Shown piece by piece: positions 41,619 through 54,100 of a stretch of 64,000 nucleotides of DNA. The stretch comes from Chrysochromulina tobinii (Eukaryota): contig JWZX01003073.1 in assembly GCA_001275005.1 (NCBI GenBank), positions 1-64,000 of the forward strand, in the 5' to 3' direction. The first letter of the stretch is position 1; every line of letters starts with the position of its first letter. The position numbers were made by a program, and so were the translations under genes. Under the pieces are notes generated by a model. The model had not been told where the DNA came from, did not search any database, and worked only from the letters and a program-made list of their open reading frames with translations.

Positions 41619-42738
41619 TCACCTCTGGCTCTTCCTTTCCTTCGGATCGGACTTGAACAGCGAGACGAACTCCTCAAAGGTAATCTTGCCGTTGCCGTCG
41701 GTGTCGGCGAGGTTGAAGAGCTGCTGGATGGTCTCTGGCGTAACGTCCGCCGGCACGACCCTGAGCTTCGTCATCATCACGCGCAGCTCTTGCTGGTCGA
41801 TCGTGCCGTTGCCGTCCTGGTCGAAGACGTTGAACGCGCGCTTGAGCGCCATCTCCGAATGGCCGTAGATCGGACCGACCGCGGCGCAGAACTCCTCAAA
41901 GGTGATATTGCCCGTGTTGAGCACGTCGGCTGCCTTGAAGACCAGCTCCGCCTGCCCCTCGGGCGCCCCCAGTGAGCGCATCACCTTACGCAGCTCCTCG
42001 AGCTCGATGGTGCCGCTGCCGTCGAGATCGAACCTGATGAAGGAGGCAATCAGAGGCCATCAGAGGCCATCAGAGGTCATCAGAGGTCATCAGAGGTTCT
42101 CCGCCGTCGAGATCGAACGTTTGAAAGGCGGCCTTGAGCTCTTCGAGCGCGCCCGGCGGCAGCGAGGGCTTGTGCAGCTTCTGCGTGTTGCCGCGCATGA
42201 CCCCGGTCACCGGCGTTCGGCCGACCAGGGACGCGGCGCGGATAGCCGCGCGCCACGTGCGTCGCATGTCGTTGAAAACGCGCAGCTGGGCAGTGGTCGA
42301 GTCGGGGAGTGGGGCCGGCGAGGCGCTGTGCCCGAGCACCCAAGGGGAGGCAAGCAGGTCGGCCACGCGCGCACGCTTGGTCGGGTCGGGGGCAAGCAGC
42401 GAGAGGATGATCGACTTGGCATCGGACGACACGGGCTTCCAAGCCGGATCCTCGAAGCTCCACGCGCCGCGCTGCACCCGGCGGGCGACTTCCTCGTCAG
42501 GGGTCGCTCCTTGAGGATCGAACGGGTGGTAGCCGCCGAGCAGGATGAATAGAATCACGCCGAGGGCCCACAGGTCCACTGCCTCATCGTAGGCCTTCCC
42601 GGCGAGCATCTCGGGCGCCATGTATGCGATCGTCCCCGTGCGGCCAACCATATCGGGCATGCCCTCGCCGAAGAACTGAGCGAGCCCAAAGTCGCAGAGC
42701 TTGATGTCCGAGTGCTGGGATTTGTCGACGAGCAGCAG

Positions 42739-42774
<36 letters not shown>

Positions 42775-43296
42775 ACCGTGCAGGTGCTCGAGAGCTCTTG
42801 CCACCTGGAGCACGACGCCCGCCGCGTCGGCTTCCGAATACAGACCGCCTTCGCAGATGCGGTCGAAGACCTCGCCGCCCTTGACAAGCTCTAGCACGAG
42901 CGCCCAGGCGTTGGGAAGCTCGAACTCGTCCACAAGGCTCACGATGTGCCGATGACGGCCAGCCACTCGCATCACATTCATCTCACGCTCGAGCGCCGCC
43001 TTGTCGCTGTTTTTCTTGTCGACTAGTTTAATGGCGCGCACGATGCCCGTCGCCTTCTCCGTCGCCTCCTTGACCACCGCAAAGGCACCTTCACCGAGCG
43101 TCCTGCCCATCGTGTAGAGATCGCTGTGAGCACCAGACCCTGCCGTCTTGGACGAGCCGTCGAAGAGGCTCAGGCTCTCAGCTGGCTGCCGCTGCCGCCG
43201 ATCGAGCTCGAGAATTGCAAGACCGCATCCCGTCGCAGCCACCGCGCCACGTCGTAGGAGCGCTGTAGATAGCCTGCCGAGATGTCGGCGATGCAT
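41619..43296 (-). CDS. Calcium-dependent protein kinase (CAMK-type kinase + EF-hand domain); intron 42034-42118
   Basis: LGEGAFAVV, HRDLKPEN, DFGLA, GTIAYMAPE. The intron joins AFQT|FDLDGSGTIELEEL to three more EF loops (DVLNTGNITFEEF, DQDGNGTIDQQEL, DTDGNGKITFEEF). Start may be 43398. Confidence 0.92.
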
Positions 43297-43748
43297 ACGG
43301 GCTCGCCGGGGCGTCGAGCCGAGGCGACAAACATGCCTGTGGAAAATGTTTGGTCCTGTTTCGTCAACCCTCGTACACTTTATTCGCGCCAAAGACATGC
43401 GTTCCTAATCACGCGGTCCGTCGGCGTTTGGGCTTCAGTTCAATTGTTTTGGCGCCAGCTCCGCCGTGTAGAGAACTGAAAGTACTATAGCCTAAGCGTA
43501 TAGCGGAGGTAGTCGGGACGAACTCGGGATCGCACCGACATCTAAGACATCGACAACGTTGCGCCCCATGCAAGAGCGAGCCTATGCACTTCAGACCATC
43601 CCAATCCTATGCCCAAGATCCCTCTGCCAGAACTAAGAGGCGCCAGGTGTGAGGTGAGCGCCTACGTAATCATCGTAGTACAGATCTCGGCCTCACCTAC
43701 CACTGTACCACATCAAGAAGCTGTGCGACCCTGGCTGTGGAGTATGCT

Positions 43749-44369
43749 CTACTCCATGCATACACAAGGGACCCCAAGCAGGGAGCCAGTACTCGTTATC
43801 GCGATGGCGCAACCCCTTCCGCCGACCGCCGCTACGAACTGGTCCTCGGTCCAGATCTCGACGCCCTCGGCCTTGGCCTTTTTCCTCTCCTCGGCTCCCG
43901 CGCCCCAGCCTGCAACGAGAATGCTGGTATTCTCGGTGATGGAGGAGTCGACCTTTGCTCCTGCCGCCTCGGCCGCCTTGGTCGCATCAACGCGCGCCAT
44001 CGTCAAGGTGCCGGTGAATACGATCGTCTTGCCCAACAGGCTCATGGCATCTGTTCCAACTTTTAGCGCACTTACTTGATGTAGGTTGCGAAACCTCCGA
44101 TCAAGATCATCCCAAGCCGTGACTCGCTCCTCTTCGAGGCGGACGGCCGCCTCCTTGAGCACCACGGTTTCGGCGGCCTTTGCGCGCATCTTAGCATTGG
44201 CCGCCGCCGTCTCGGCCGCCGCCGTCTTGGCCGCCGCCTTCTCGGCCGCCGCCTTCTGGGCCGCTGCCTTCTGGGCCGCTGCCTTCTCGGCCGCCGCCTT
44301 CTTGTCCGCCAGCATCTTCTTCCTCTCCATCTGCTCCAGCGTTCCAGTCTCCTCCATCTGCTGCATCAT
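43749..44369 (-). CDS. Small protein with Ala/Lys pentapeptide repeats and a ligase/RFC-type BRCT domain
   Basis: (KAAAE/Q)n repeats; [59 protein letters not shown]. Confidence 0.75.
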   Translation of the reverse strand: MMQQMEETGTLEQMERKKMLADKKAAAEKAAAQKAAAQKAAAEKAAAKTAAAETAAANAKMRAKAAETVVLKEAAVRLEEERVTAWDDLDRRFRNLHQVSALKVGTDAMSLLGKTIVFTGTLTMARVDATKAAEAAGAKVDSSITENTSILVAGWGAGAEERKKAKAEGVEIWTEDQFVAAVGGRGCAIAITSTGSLLGVPCVCME

Positions 44370-45080
44370 ATTGTCAGAGTCCTGATTGCGGCGAGCGACA
44401 GTGCGGCTCTTCAGTCCGTTTTTGCGAGCTTGGAAAAATGCTTGTGTGAGCGCGATCGAAAAGCAAAAGGCGAGCTGGAGAGAACTTTGCGAGCATATCG
44501 TGAGGAGGGACCTAATTTCCGCTGCCCCCCGTGCCGCAGTGTGTGCCGGGTACCGGTGTGTCCCGGCTCCCCCGGTGTCTTTTTACGGTATTCCTCGGAG
44601 CGGGTGGAGTCCATGGTGGAGTCGGCACCCAGACAGGGTCTGAGCACAGGGTCGGGTTCCGCACTGGGTGGCCTCTTGCTCTTCTGAGTCGGCCGACGTT
44701 TAGTCGCGGTATGGTGCTTTCTTATTTCTGCGTTATACGATAGGCCGGGCGAAACGAAATAGGCGCCACCCCGTCCACAAGAGCTCCATGTCGGTCAATT
44801 GATGTCGGTGTCCGCTCCAAGCCAAGTCCCACGACCACAGACATCCGCGCCGCACAGCGCGCCTCGTCCATGCACCTGCTCCTGAGAGCGCTTTCGGCCT
44901 CCCGCATGCCGCATGCCACGCAGACCAGCCCGCTCCAAGCTGCTATTGGGCACCATTCCCCATCCGCAACGCAACGGCACGCCTCGCGCCGCGGCCACGA
45001 CCTCATCGTGCCCCCCCCTCCCCCCGCCCTACCTGCCCTACCCGCCCTACCCGTCGCGCTGGTCGCCTCGCGCGGCGCGC

Positions 45081-47888
45081 TTAGCGGACCGGTAACATCT
45101 CGTACTCGTCGACGAGCGCCGCCTCATACTCGTCCCCCTCATCAGCAAAGGCGCCCTCCTCGCCGAAGGCGCCGTTGGCGCCGTCGTCGGCCGTAGGCAG
45201 ACGGCCCACGAGCTCGAGTAGCAAGGAGGCCGCCTGTGGCCACTCGGCGAGCAGCGGCGCCGAATCGGCAGCGAAGCGCCACGCGGCTGGCCTCGGCTCA
45301 ACAAGCCGTGCGCGCAGCTCACAGGTGAGCGTCGTGTCGAGCGGGTTCACGCTCACGCCGCAACAGAGGTTGCACAGCGTCTTGGCCGCGAGCAGTGCCG
45401 CGCCGACGTCGGAGGCGATCGCCTCGGCGGCTGCGGCCTCGTCCACGGGGACCGGCGGTGCGGACGAGAGGAGGTACAGGAGCAGTCCGGCGAGCTTGGC
45501 GGCTCCACCGACCTCGATCAGGGCTGCTCGCATGGGTGGGTCCGCCGCCAGGTTGATGAGCGCGCCGCACGCGGCTTCGGCGACGTGTGACGACGAGTGG
45601 TCGAGTAGCAGCAGCAGCGCTTCATGCACGCGCACTCGACAGATCGTGTGACGCGCTTCGGGCAGTCGCGACAGGTTGCCGAGCGCGCGTGCGGCCTCCA
45701 CCTGCCCCTCGGCGTTCGGGAACGTGAGCGCGGGCACCAACGCCATGCAAAGCGTCTCATGGCTTCGCAGCAGCACGGAGCCGTCCACGAGGTAATAGGA
45801 GAGGTTGGTCACCGCCGAGACGACATTCAGATGAAGCTCGTCATCACCCGCCATCCGCGTGCCTTGAAGCAGCCGAAGCAGCGCGAGCGACGCGGGCGCG
45901 GTGGCGATGCGCTCGCCAATGTGCGGCGAGATCGCGAGGTGCGCGATCAGGCGCACGAGCTTCACGAGCACGTCGAGCAGCTCTGCCGCTTCGCCGCCGC
46001 TGCCGCTCCTGCCTGCGTCCCCCCCCTCGCCGCCCTCGCCGCAGTCGCCTTCGCTGCCGACGCCCTCGGTGCCGCCGGCGGGCCTCTCGGCATGCTTGCC
46101 GCCCTCGACATCGCCTCGCCCGCCGCCCGGACCCTCGCGGTTCGTCGCGCCGTCGCGAGCGTCTGCGGCCGCCGGGTCGACCCCTGCGGCAAGCTCCCGC
46201 GTGCTCGCGTCGTCCCGAGCACCTCCCGCCGCCGCGTCGTGATGAGCGCTCGCCTGCGCGCCCATGGATCGTTCGTGGACGGAGGCAGCGTGTCCGCGGC
46301 TCGTGCGCGCGAGGAGCTCCTCCGCGTGGCTCTCGAGCAGCCCGAGCAGCCGCGGCAGCGCGAGCCTCGCGATGGCCTCGCGGTTGGGCGGGTGCGCTGC
46401 CGAGAGGTTGCCCAAGATGAAGCACAGCCGGATCAGCAGCGGCCGGTCCTGCGAGTGCAGCGCGAGCGCCTGCAGCAGCGCGTCCAGGTGCTCCTCGCGC
46501 GCGTCCAGCCGCTGCCGTACGTCCTCGTGCAGAGACAACTTCGCTAGCACCCGCGACACGTTGAGACAGAGCTCGGCATGATGCGGTGCCGCGCGCAGGA
46601 GGGCGCAGAGCTCCTCGACGCAGCTCGTCGACACGAATTGCTTGCGGCTGGAGCCCGAGACCGCGACGTTGCGCAGCGTGGCCGTGAGCTGCACCAGCAG
46701 GTGCGCCGGCCGCACGCTCGCCTCCTTGGCCGCCGCCGCGCTGCCGCCGGGGCGCGGCGTGGGCGGCGCCGCCAGCATCTGATCCGTCTGTTGCTTGACC
46801 GCCTGCGAGAGGATGCCGACGGCATGGAGCTGCACGAGCGCCTTTTGGTTGCTTGCGTCGGCCGAGACGTTCTTGAGCGCGCCCGCCGCGAACACCATCG
46901 CCTCGCTCCCCTTGGCGTCCCCTTGGCTCAGCACCGCGAGCAGCAGCGGGAGCAACCCCAGCTCTCGAAACCGGCGGTCGTTACTTTCCGATTTCGAAAG
47001 ACGGAAGAGGAGCTTGCATGCGCCGAGCTGGGCGGAGCGGTCGGCGCGCGCCCCCAGGATCAGCCGGCACAGGCGCAGCAGCAGCGGCCCCTCGCGCCGG
47101 TCCATCAGCCCACCCGCCGCCGCGAGGATGCACTTCCGTCGAGCAGCCAGCTCCTCGCCAAACACTGGAGGCACACCGGCTGGGCCCGCGGAGCTCGCGG
47201 GCTCGCGCAGCCGTTCCCAGAGGGCGTCGCAGGAGCGCAGCAGCGGCTCGAGCGCCGCATCCGGCCGCAGCTCCGCCAGTAGCCCCTGCGTCTCCGCCCA
47301 CCATGCCTGCTGCTCGACAGGCATGATGTTCTCGTCCGCTCCCGCAGGGCCGATCGCAGGCGGCGGCGGCAGCGCGGCGGCAGGTGCGCCGGCGGGCGCC
47401 CCTGGCACGGGCGGCGGCGGCGGCAACACCGCGGCCGCGGCACCGCTGCTGCTGCTGCCGCCACGGCCGCCGCCGCCGCTGCTGCTGCTGTTGCTGCTGC
47501 CGTAGCTGCTCACCGTGGGCGCTTCCGCTGCCGGATGCGGCAAGGAGGATGGCAGCGACGCATCGAGAGAGAACACCTCGGCACCGCCGTACATGCTCGT
47601 CGGCCGTGGAACTGGGGCCATGGATGTACCAAAGAGCTCACGGTTGATGTGGAACGAGGAGGTCGGACGGTTTGCGAGCTCTGCGGCACTCACGCCGCCG
47701 CCGACGTTGCCGCTGATGGATCCGCTGTTGTGGAAGAGGCTGCGAGATGAGTTGGCCGGCGTGAACGGGCGCGACGGCTCAGCGAGCGATGCGCGCGCCT
47801 CGCGGCGCGCGTTGGCCGCCGACGACCGGGACGCTTCGGCCATGGCACTTCGCATTTCTCTCGACACGGTTGGCGAGTTCCTTTCCAC
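45081..47888 (-). CDS. ARMC2: Armadillo repeat-containing protein 2-like (ciliary)
   Basis: N-terminal PSRPFTP; ACKLLFRLSKSESNDRRF, LLVQLTATLRN, NVSRVLAKLSLH, DVLVKLVRLIAHLAI, EAARALGNLSR, ACGALINL. Confidence 0.8.
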   Translation of the reverse strand: MERNSPTVSREMRSAMAEASRSSAANARREARASLAEPSRPFTPANSSRSLFHNSGSISGNVGGGVSAAELANRPTSSFHINRELFGTSMAPVPRPTSMYGGAEVFSLDASLPSSLPHPAAEAPTVSSYGSSNSSSSGGGGRGGSSSSGAAAAVLPPPPPVPGAPAGAPAAALPPPPAIGPAGADENIMPVEQQAWWAETQGLLAELRPDAALEPLLRSCDALWERLREPASSAGPAGVPPVFGEELAARRKCILAAAGGLMDRREGPLLLRLCRLILGARADRSAQLGACKLLFRLSKSESNDRRFRELGLLPLLLAVLSQGDAKGSEAMVFAAGALKNVSADASNQKALVQLHAVGILSQAVKQQTDQMLAAPPTPRPGGSAAAAKEASVRPAHLLVQLTATLRNVAVSGSSRKQFVSTSCVEELCALLRAAPHHAELCLNVSRVLAKLSLHEDVRQRLDAREEHLDALLQALALHSQDRPLLIRLCFILGNLSAAHPPNREAIARLALPRLLGLLESHAEELLARTSRGHAASVHERSMGAQASAHHDAAAGGARDDASTRELAAGVDPAAADARDGATNREGPGGGRGDVEGGKHAERPAGGTEGVGSEGDCGEGGEGGDAGRSGSGGEAAELLDVLVKLVRLIAHLAISPHIGERIATAPASLALLRLLQGTRMAGDDELHLNVVSAVTNLSYYLVDGSVLLRSHETLCMALVPALTFPNAEGQVEAARALGNLSRLPEARHTICRVRVHEALLLLLDHSSSHVAEAACGALINLAADPPMRAALIEVGGAAKLAGLLLYLLSSAPPVPVDEAAAAEAIASDVGAALLAAKTLCNLCCGVSVNPLDTTLTCELRARLVEPRPAAWRFAADSAPLLAEWPQAASLLLELVGRLPTADDGANGAFGEEGAFADEGDEYEAALVDEYEMLPVR

Positions 47889-48127
47889 AGGCCCAACGGC
47901 CGAAGGCCCATGTTCATGGAGTCAGAGAATTCCTGGAACTCGCACACATAGGATTCCTTGAGTCAGAACCGGGAGTTTGGAGGTTTTGAGATGACAGCGT
48001 CCGCAAGTACCGGTAGTCCCGATTGGGAAAGTTCTTGGGACGCTCGGCAAACCTGCACGCGGTCGAAGCGCGCGCTTTCTGTCGCGGTCTTGTCCGCGAT
48101 CTTCGGGTCGTGACGATCCAGGAGCGA

Positions 48128-51100
48128 ATGTTCACACAGCGCGCTGGAAGCTTTGAACGTGCATCCCGGCGCAAGTCGGAACATGCGGCAGCCGACAAAA
48201 TCGCCAAACATATCTGCACTGCGGAAACAAACCACAGGGAGAGATGCGGAGCCGACCTCGAGAAGCGAGATGAGCTCACCCTTATCGTTCAGCAAGCAAC
48301 GGGGGATGCGCACGCCGCCATCCTGGCTCCGATCGCCCCGCAGCTCGAAGTGTTAGCGCTCATCGAGGGCCTTCTTGATGACGCCGCGGGGTCGCGTGTG
48401 AGGAACCCCGATTCAGTACTTTGGAATAGCATCGACCAGCGGCTCAGCGTAGCCGGCCTGAAGGCCGGTAGGGCCAGTGCTGGCCGATGCGGCTCACCCC
48501 TTCACGCATTGAGCGCTGCTCTTGGACCCGACGGCGATCTGTCAACTTCTTTCGCGCATCGAGAGCTTGCACGCCGAATCGCCGACAAGCTTGACTCGGT
48601 GGTGCAGGAGGGGCCCCAACGCATAGGAGACGTGAATATTCTCAACCTCGTCACTTGGGGTCGGTTGCCCGACGCCGTCGTTGACGACAGCGAGATCGAG
48701 CCCAAGAAATGGCAGGCGCTCTCCGCATATATCCGCGACGATGAAGACCTTGACCAAGTTGGGGCGGACTGGCTCATCTTGGCGCTCGCATGCCTCGTGC
48801 TCGGCCGCAAAATCCTCGTGTACAGCGATTGTTTCAACGTTGCCGTTCGCTTCACACCCGAAGATACTGATGGGGCTCGCTTTGTGCCCGCCGCACAGCT
48901 TCCACCAAGCTCTCAGTGGATCCGATTGACCATGCTCAACGGCCAGTTCTACACTCCCTTGGAGGCGGTCCCCACTCGCGCTGATGGGCTGCTGGCTAAG
49001 CTTGACGAGATGGCCTCGCTCATGGACGTGCAGCTCAAGAGCCAAGCCGCAGGGCTGCCGGCTGTGATGCTCCTCGGCCTAACTGGTGTTGGCAAGAGCA
49101 CGATGATGCACATCCTCTCCGGCAATCAGATGTATGCATGCATCTGCCCCACCAGCGTCTTGCCACTGCGGTTACCATGATGCTGACGCCCGCAATGCGA
49201 TGATGCACATGCAGGTATCTGTTTGACAACGGCACCAACAAGTACGTCAGCGTGAAGGACGAGCAGATTCAAGGCTCGAAGATCGGACTCACAACCAACT
49301 CAGAGACTAAGATGGCGAACGCAATCCGGATCCAGGTACCGTTTTCGGATCCGACGTGGCTCCTTATTGACACGCCAGGCTTTGGAGACACAGAGGGTCC
49401 AATGGACAACATTGTCAGCGCTGTGTCGATAGCCAAGGTGCTGCACGCTCGCCTGAAAACACTGCCAGCCTGTCCAGTCGTTAGTCCAGTCGCCAACCGC
49501 CGGTGTACTCACAGCCGCTTGTCCCTTCGACGCAGGTCACGTGCATGTGCTCCTCCCTTCGAGTCATTATGCTCATCAACCAGAGCGACATTGTGAACGC
49601 GAGGATGACCGCATTTGTCGACCTGGGTAAGACGATCTCGAAATTGTTTTCCGACTTCGAGACAGCGTCTAAATCACTCACGATCTGGGTGCCCAAGAAG
49701 TACACGGATAATGAGGTCGACGAAAAGCGCCTCACGAAAATGCTCGCCAGGGCTCACAAAGACAAGACGAACGAGGAGGCTCAGAGATTGCTCGGGTTGC
49801 TGCTACAGCAGCTCGATGTTGAGCCTCTTCGCGTCGTCAAGTATTCAGAAGAGGGCGGCGGATCGGATGACGACAGCGACTCCGATGCCGAGATGGTCGA
49901 GAAGCCCAACCCGGGCTCCGCCTCTGACGTCACGAGCCCCGCGAGCGGCGCGTCGCCGCCGCCAAAGCGTGCGCGGACCGACGACGAGGAAGATCTGAGT
50001 GGCGAAGAGGAGATCACGATGAAGAAGGTCACGTTCGACGTCAGTAAGCTCCTGCGCCAGCTCGACCACATGAAAGCGCTCGATCGGCCTTCGGAGCAGG
50101 TCTTGCTTCCCCTCTCGAGCGAGTCGCAAGAGCATCTGCGAGAGGTGGCACGTGAGGTGCGAGACCGCTGCGAAGCTGCTGTTGAGCTGCCTGACTTTGA
50201 GACGATTGCCAAGGGATTTGAGTTGCTCTCTCGCATCATCGAGCGACTGCGGGAGGCGGAGCCCGGTGCGACCGACCCACGTCGCGCGACAATGGTCAGA
50301 GACGTCAAGGAGGCGACGAAGATCGTCATCGCGCAATATGTGCTAGCGAAAGACAAAGTCAAGGCGCGCATCGAGGAGCAGTTGAAGCTGCGCATGGAAC
50401 GCCTCGGCAATGCACTGAGTGAGACGAACTTGAGCAGCCAACTGGATCAAGAGGCGCTTCACGCCTTTTCGTGGGCTCGCCGCTGCCTCGGAGCCGCTAA
50501 ACAGATCGAAACGTACGTCGAGAGCCTTCCAACGGAAGAGTCGCTTCAGTTACGCCTTGAACTTCTGCTCAGTGGGCTATGCGATCAAACGATCAAGCTC
50601 GAGGTATCGGACCCAGCCTTCAAGGTGACCCTCATTAAGCTTGGTCAAGTGTGCTCGTACTTCCAGACCGATGCGACTGACAGCATCTTTGCTGCTGTCG
50701 GAAAAGAAGCGGGAGAGTGGCGGCTGACTGTGCTCAAGGCTCTCATCGAAAAGATGGCGTCGCTAAAAGAGGATGTGAGCAACATCATTAGCCTTGGCTA
50801 CCGGGACGTCGAGGCCGCAATAGCTCGTTCCATCGCGCAGCACGACGACAGTTTCCCGAGGTCTGCGTTCGTCGCCGAGGAGGCGGACAATGCGGCCGCT
50901 TTTCACTTTGATCAGGCGGGAGAAAAGCTTCGAATCATGCGGGAGGCGCAGCAGCGCCTCAGCCCATTGGCGCCGGAGCTCACTGGCGTGCTCGAGAGCA
51001 CCTGCGAATGCATTCTTGCACGGCTCGATGCCTACCTTCAATGCGTGATCCAAGCGGCCGCCGGTGCCACCGTACAGCTCTCGACTCCGCAGCTCATTGA

Positions 51101-54100
51101 GCTGACGACTCATCTCGCTGCTCTGAGCAAGGCACGAAGCTCGTTCAAGCTCCGCATTCACTTTGAGCCGTCTGAGACGTCTGCAACTACTGGTGTCGAG
51201 ATCATGGACGCTTCGACTCTGGCCGCAGATGACTCGTGGGTCGCTCTGCCTCCGCTTGGCACGAATGCACTGGACATGCGCTACCGGAATGGTATTGATT
51301 GCATCGTCGCGTGGCATGCCCGCGTGTTGGAACCTGTGCTCGAGGATGTTAAGAAGGCGGAAACGTACTCGTCAGACGCTGACTGTGTGAGCCGAATCTG
51401 CGCGCACCGCGCAGCGCTCGAGGTTGCGAAGCATCTCTTCCTCCTCGGGTCCAACTCTCGCACGGGCATCGAGCCCAAGGTGGCAGAGGCCATTCAGGGT
51501 GCGACCGCGGGCCGGCAGAAGGATCTTGAGCATAAGATTCACGGCGAGCTCGAGCGGTACACGAAGGAGGCGATCAGTGAGGTGCAAGACCTCGATAACG
51601 GCCGATGCTCGTACGCCGACTTCCGTAAGAAGCTGACACTGCTCGAGGCCGCAGCGTGGTGGGATGCTCTTGCGCAAGAAGCCACGATCGGCAAGGCACT
51701 CGATGCCATGTGGCGTGCCTTTCACGACCGGGAGGTTCGCCTCGTGTCAGGGGCCGAGAGCATTGAGAGTCTCCTGCGCAGTGGCCGCCACGAGGCCGCA
51801 GCGGCCAAGTTCCGCAAGCTCAGTGAGATGAGCCCACTGTGGTCGACCGGGGGTGCCGGCACTGAGCCGAATGGCAAGGCGCACGAGGCCAAGGATCTCT
51901 TCGACACGTGCGTAGCTAGCATTCAACAGGTGCTTGCATCGAAGATTCTCGCCGTCCAACAGAACTTGCTTCGCGAAGGCTCCTGGGCCGCATCCGATCC
52001 ACCCCGTGTCGACAAGGCTGTCTTGGACAACCTCAAGCGCGCCGATCAGTTTGTCGATCTAACGACACACATGGAAGCTCTCGGGGACTGTCTTCAAGTT
52101 GGAGAGCTGCTGCATGCAGGCTCTCTGTGCAAGAGCAGGGTCGAGAGCGAGTTCCGCGACATGAAGGCCCGTGTTGAGGAGCTGGCCAATGCCATAGCCA
52201 AGGGGTCGAGGGAGCGCCTCGAGACGGCATGGGCGCGCGCCAAGGACGTGTATGAGGTGCTGCGTGTGCTCTACAGCAAGGCCGCCTATCCCGCGCTCTT
52301 CCAGATGCTCTACGAGCATGTTGAGGGCGACTTTCCGGATTTCGTGCAGATCGAGACTGCCTTCTATCGGAGCCTCAAGATGGCGAGCCAGAACTTTCCG
52401 AGGCTGAAGCTCACTGACCAGTCAGTGCTTACTCAGACGCTGAAGGAATTTGAGGGCGTGCTGCCCGCGACGGACGTGATGGTAGCAGGGCTCAAGAAGG
52501 ACTTCGACACGCGTCACGAGGCGATGGCGGCGCGTCACTCCGATAACATCGACAAGAACAAGACGGACATATGCAACGACTTCCTCAAGCACACGTACAC
52601 CTCCTCGACGTACCGAAAGATGCAGGATCTCTACCGCGGCCCTGGCGAAGACTCGCACGAGTTCGCCGAGGCGTGCCAAGAGCTTCAGGGCAGCCTCGAA
52701 AGACTTGTGAAGGAGATGAGCACGGGGATTCTCATCTTCAAGCTGACCGCGACGAATCATTCCGAAGCGCTCGGCAGTTTCCCTCTCGTCGAGCGCATCG
52801 TCGCACCGTGGAACTTCTTGCAGGCCGCGCTCATCACCCAGCACAGCACGTTCCTCGAGAGGTTTTATAGCAACATGGTAGAGAAGGAGCCTGGCACAGT
52901 GCCACCGGCACCGTTCGTCCTCAAAGAGTCACTCGAGCAGGTGGTAGCGCTGATGGTTGCCAGCCTCAAAGATTCGCTCGAGCCACTGGTCAGTCAGTTC
53001 TGCCAGAATCATCTCGAGACGGCCGCAGCTGGCATTCAACAGATCGACATGGTGATCGAGCAACTGCGCTCAGCCCCGGAACTGTACGAGAATGCTCGTC
53101 ACTTGATCGATGAGGTGAGAAATCGGCAGAAGGCACACCTGGAGTCCCTCAAGTCAGACAGCTCTACGGCCACAGATGGTAAGAATCTGAAGGCATGGCT
53201 CTCGAACCGAGCGGGCCTCCTGCGGCAGCTTGATGCGCTGCAGCGGAAAGGGAACATGCAAGCCGAGTACGAAGCCACATCAGACGCCGTTATCCTACAG
53301 ATCAGGGGAGACTTCAAGGCGAGGCTTGCGCCTGTGCTCGATGGCCACCTCTGGCGCAACATGAAGAAGGACGAGCTCGAGTCCGCACAGTCTGCTGTCT
53401 CGGCATATCAGCGCATCCTTAGTGATTTGCCGGCAGGCACTCAGGATCTCGCGATCAGCGAGGACGACCTGAAAGAAGTCAATGTGCGGATTCAGGTGAA
53501 GAAGCGCAGCTTCGTCGTGGTCAATTTCGAGTCCAAGGAGCCATCTGAACAGGCAAGCATCATCTCGGACCACCTGGCCATGCCAACCGAGTACTCAGAC
53601 TTCGTCGAAAGATATCGAGCCGGATACAAGAAGGTTAGCGAAGACGCGTATCAGATCATGATGAACAAGCCAGTCACGGCGTGGGCACCTCGTGAGCTCA
53701 GCCGCGTAATGATTCGGATGCGCAGCTACGTACAATATGACACCTTCGACACCGCAGGCCCTGCCGATCTTGAGCCATATCATAAGTGCGAGAATAAGCT
53801 CCTCGAGCTGCATGCTCAAGGATCTGCTTGTCTCACGGCTATGATTCAGGTGCTCTCGGTCCCTGGCGGCGATGCTTCTTCTGAACTTACGGGCTACCTG
53901 AAGGGATATCTGGAGCTCCTCCGTATTGCGGTCAACGCAATCGAGTGTAGCGCATCCAATCGGAGCGACCAGCTGGCCATAAGACAAGTCGACGATCACG
54001 TGTACTGCCGAGGACACGACCAAGTGATCATTGACTTTGAGACGGCACGGTCACATGCTCACCATGCCATCGTCCAGGCCACTGAGCTTTTCGGGCTTCT

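Noticed and set aside
49132..49218. 4-bp junction repeat (GTAT) at the first intron of the giant gene as another duplication-type intron
   Set aside because: Too short to distinguish from splice-site consensus and chance; no shared cassette.
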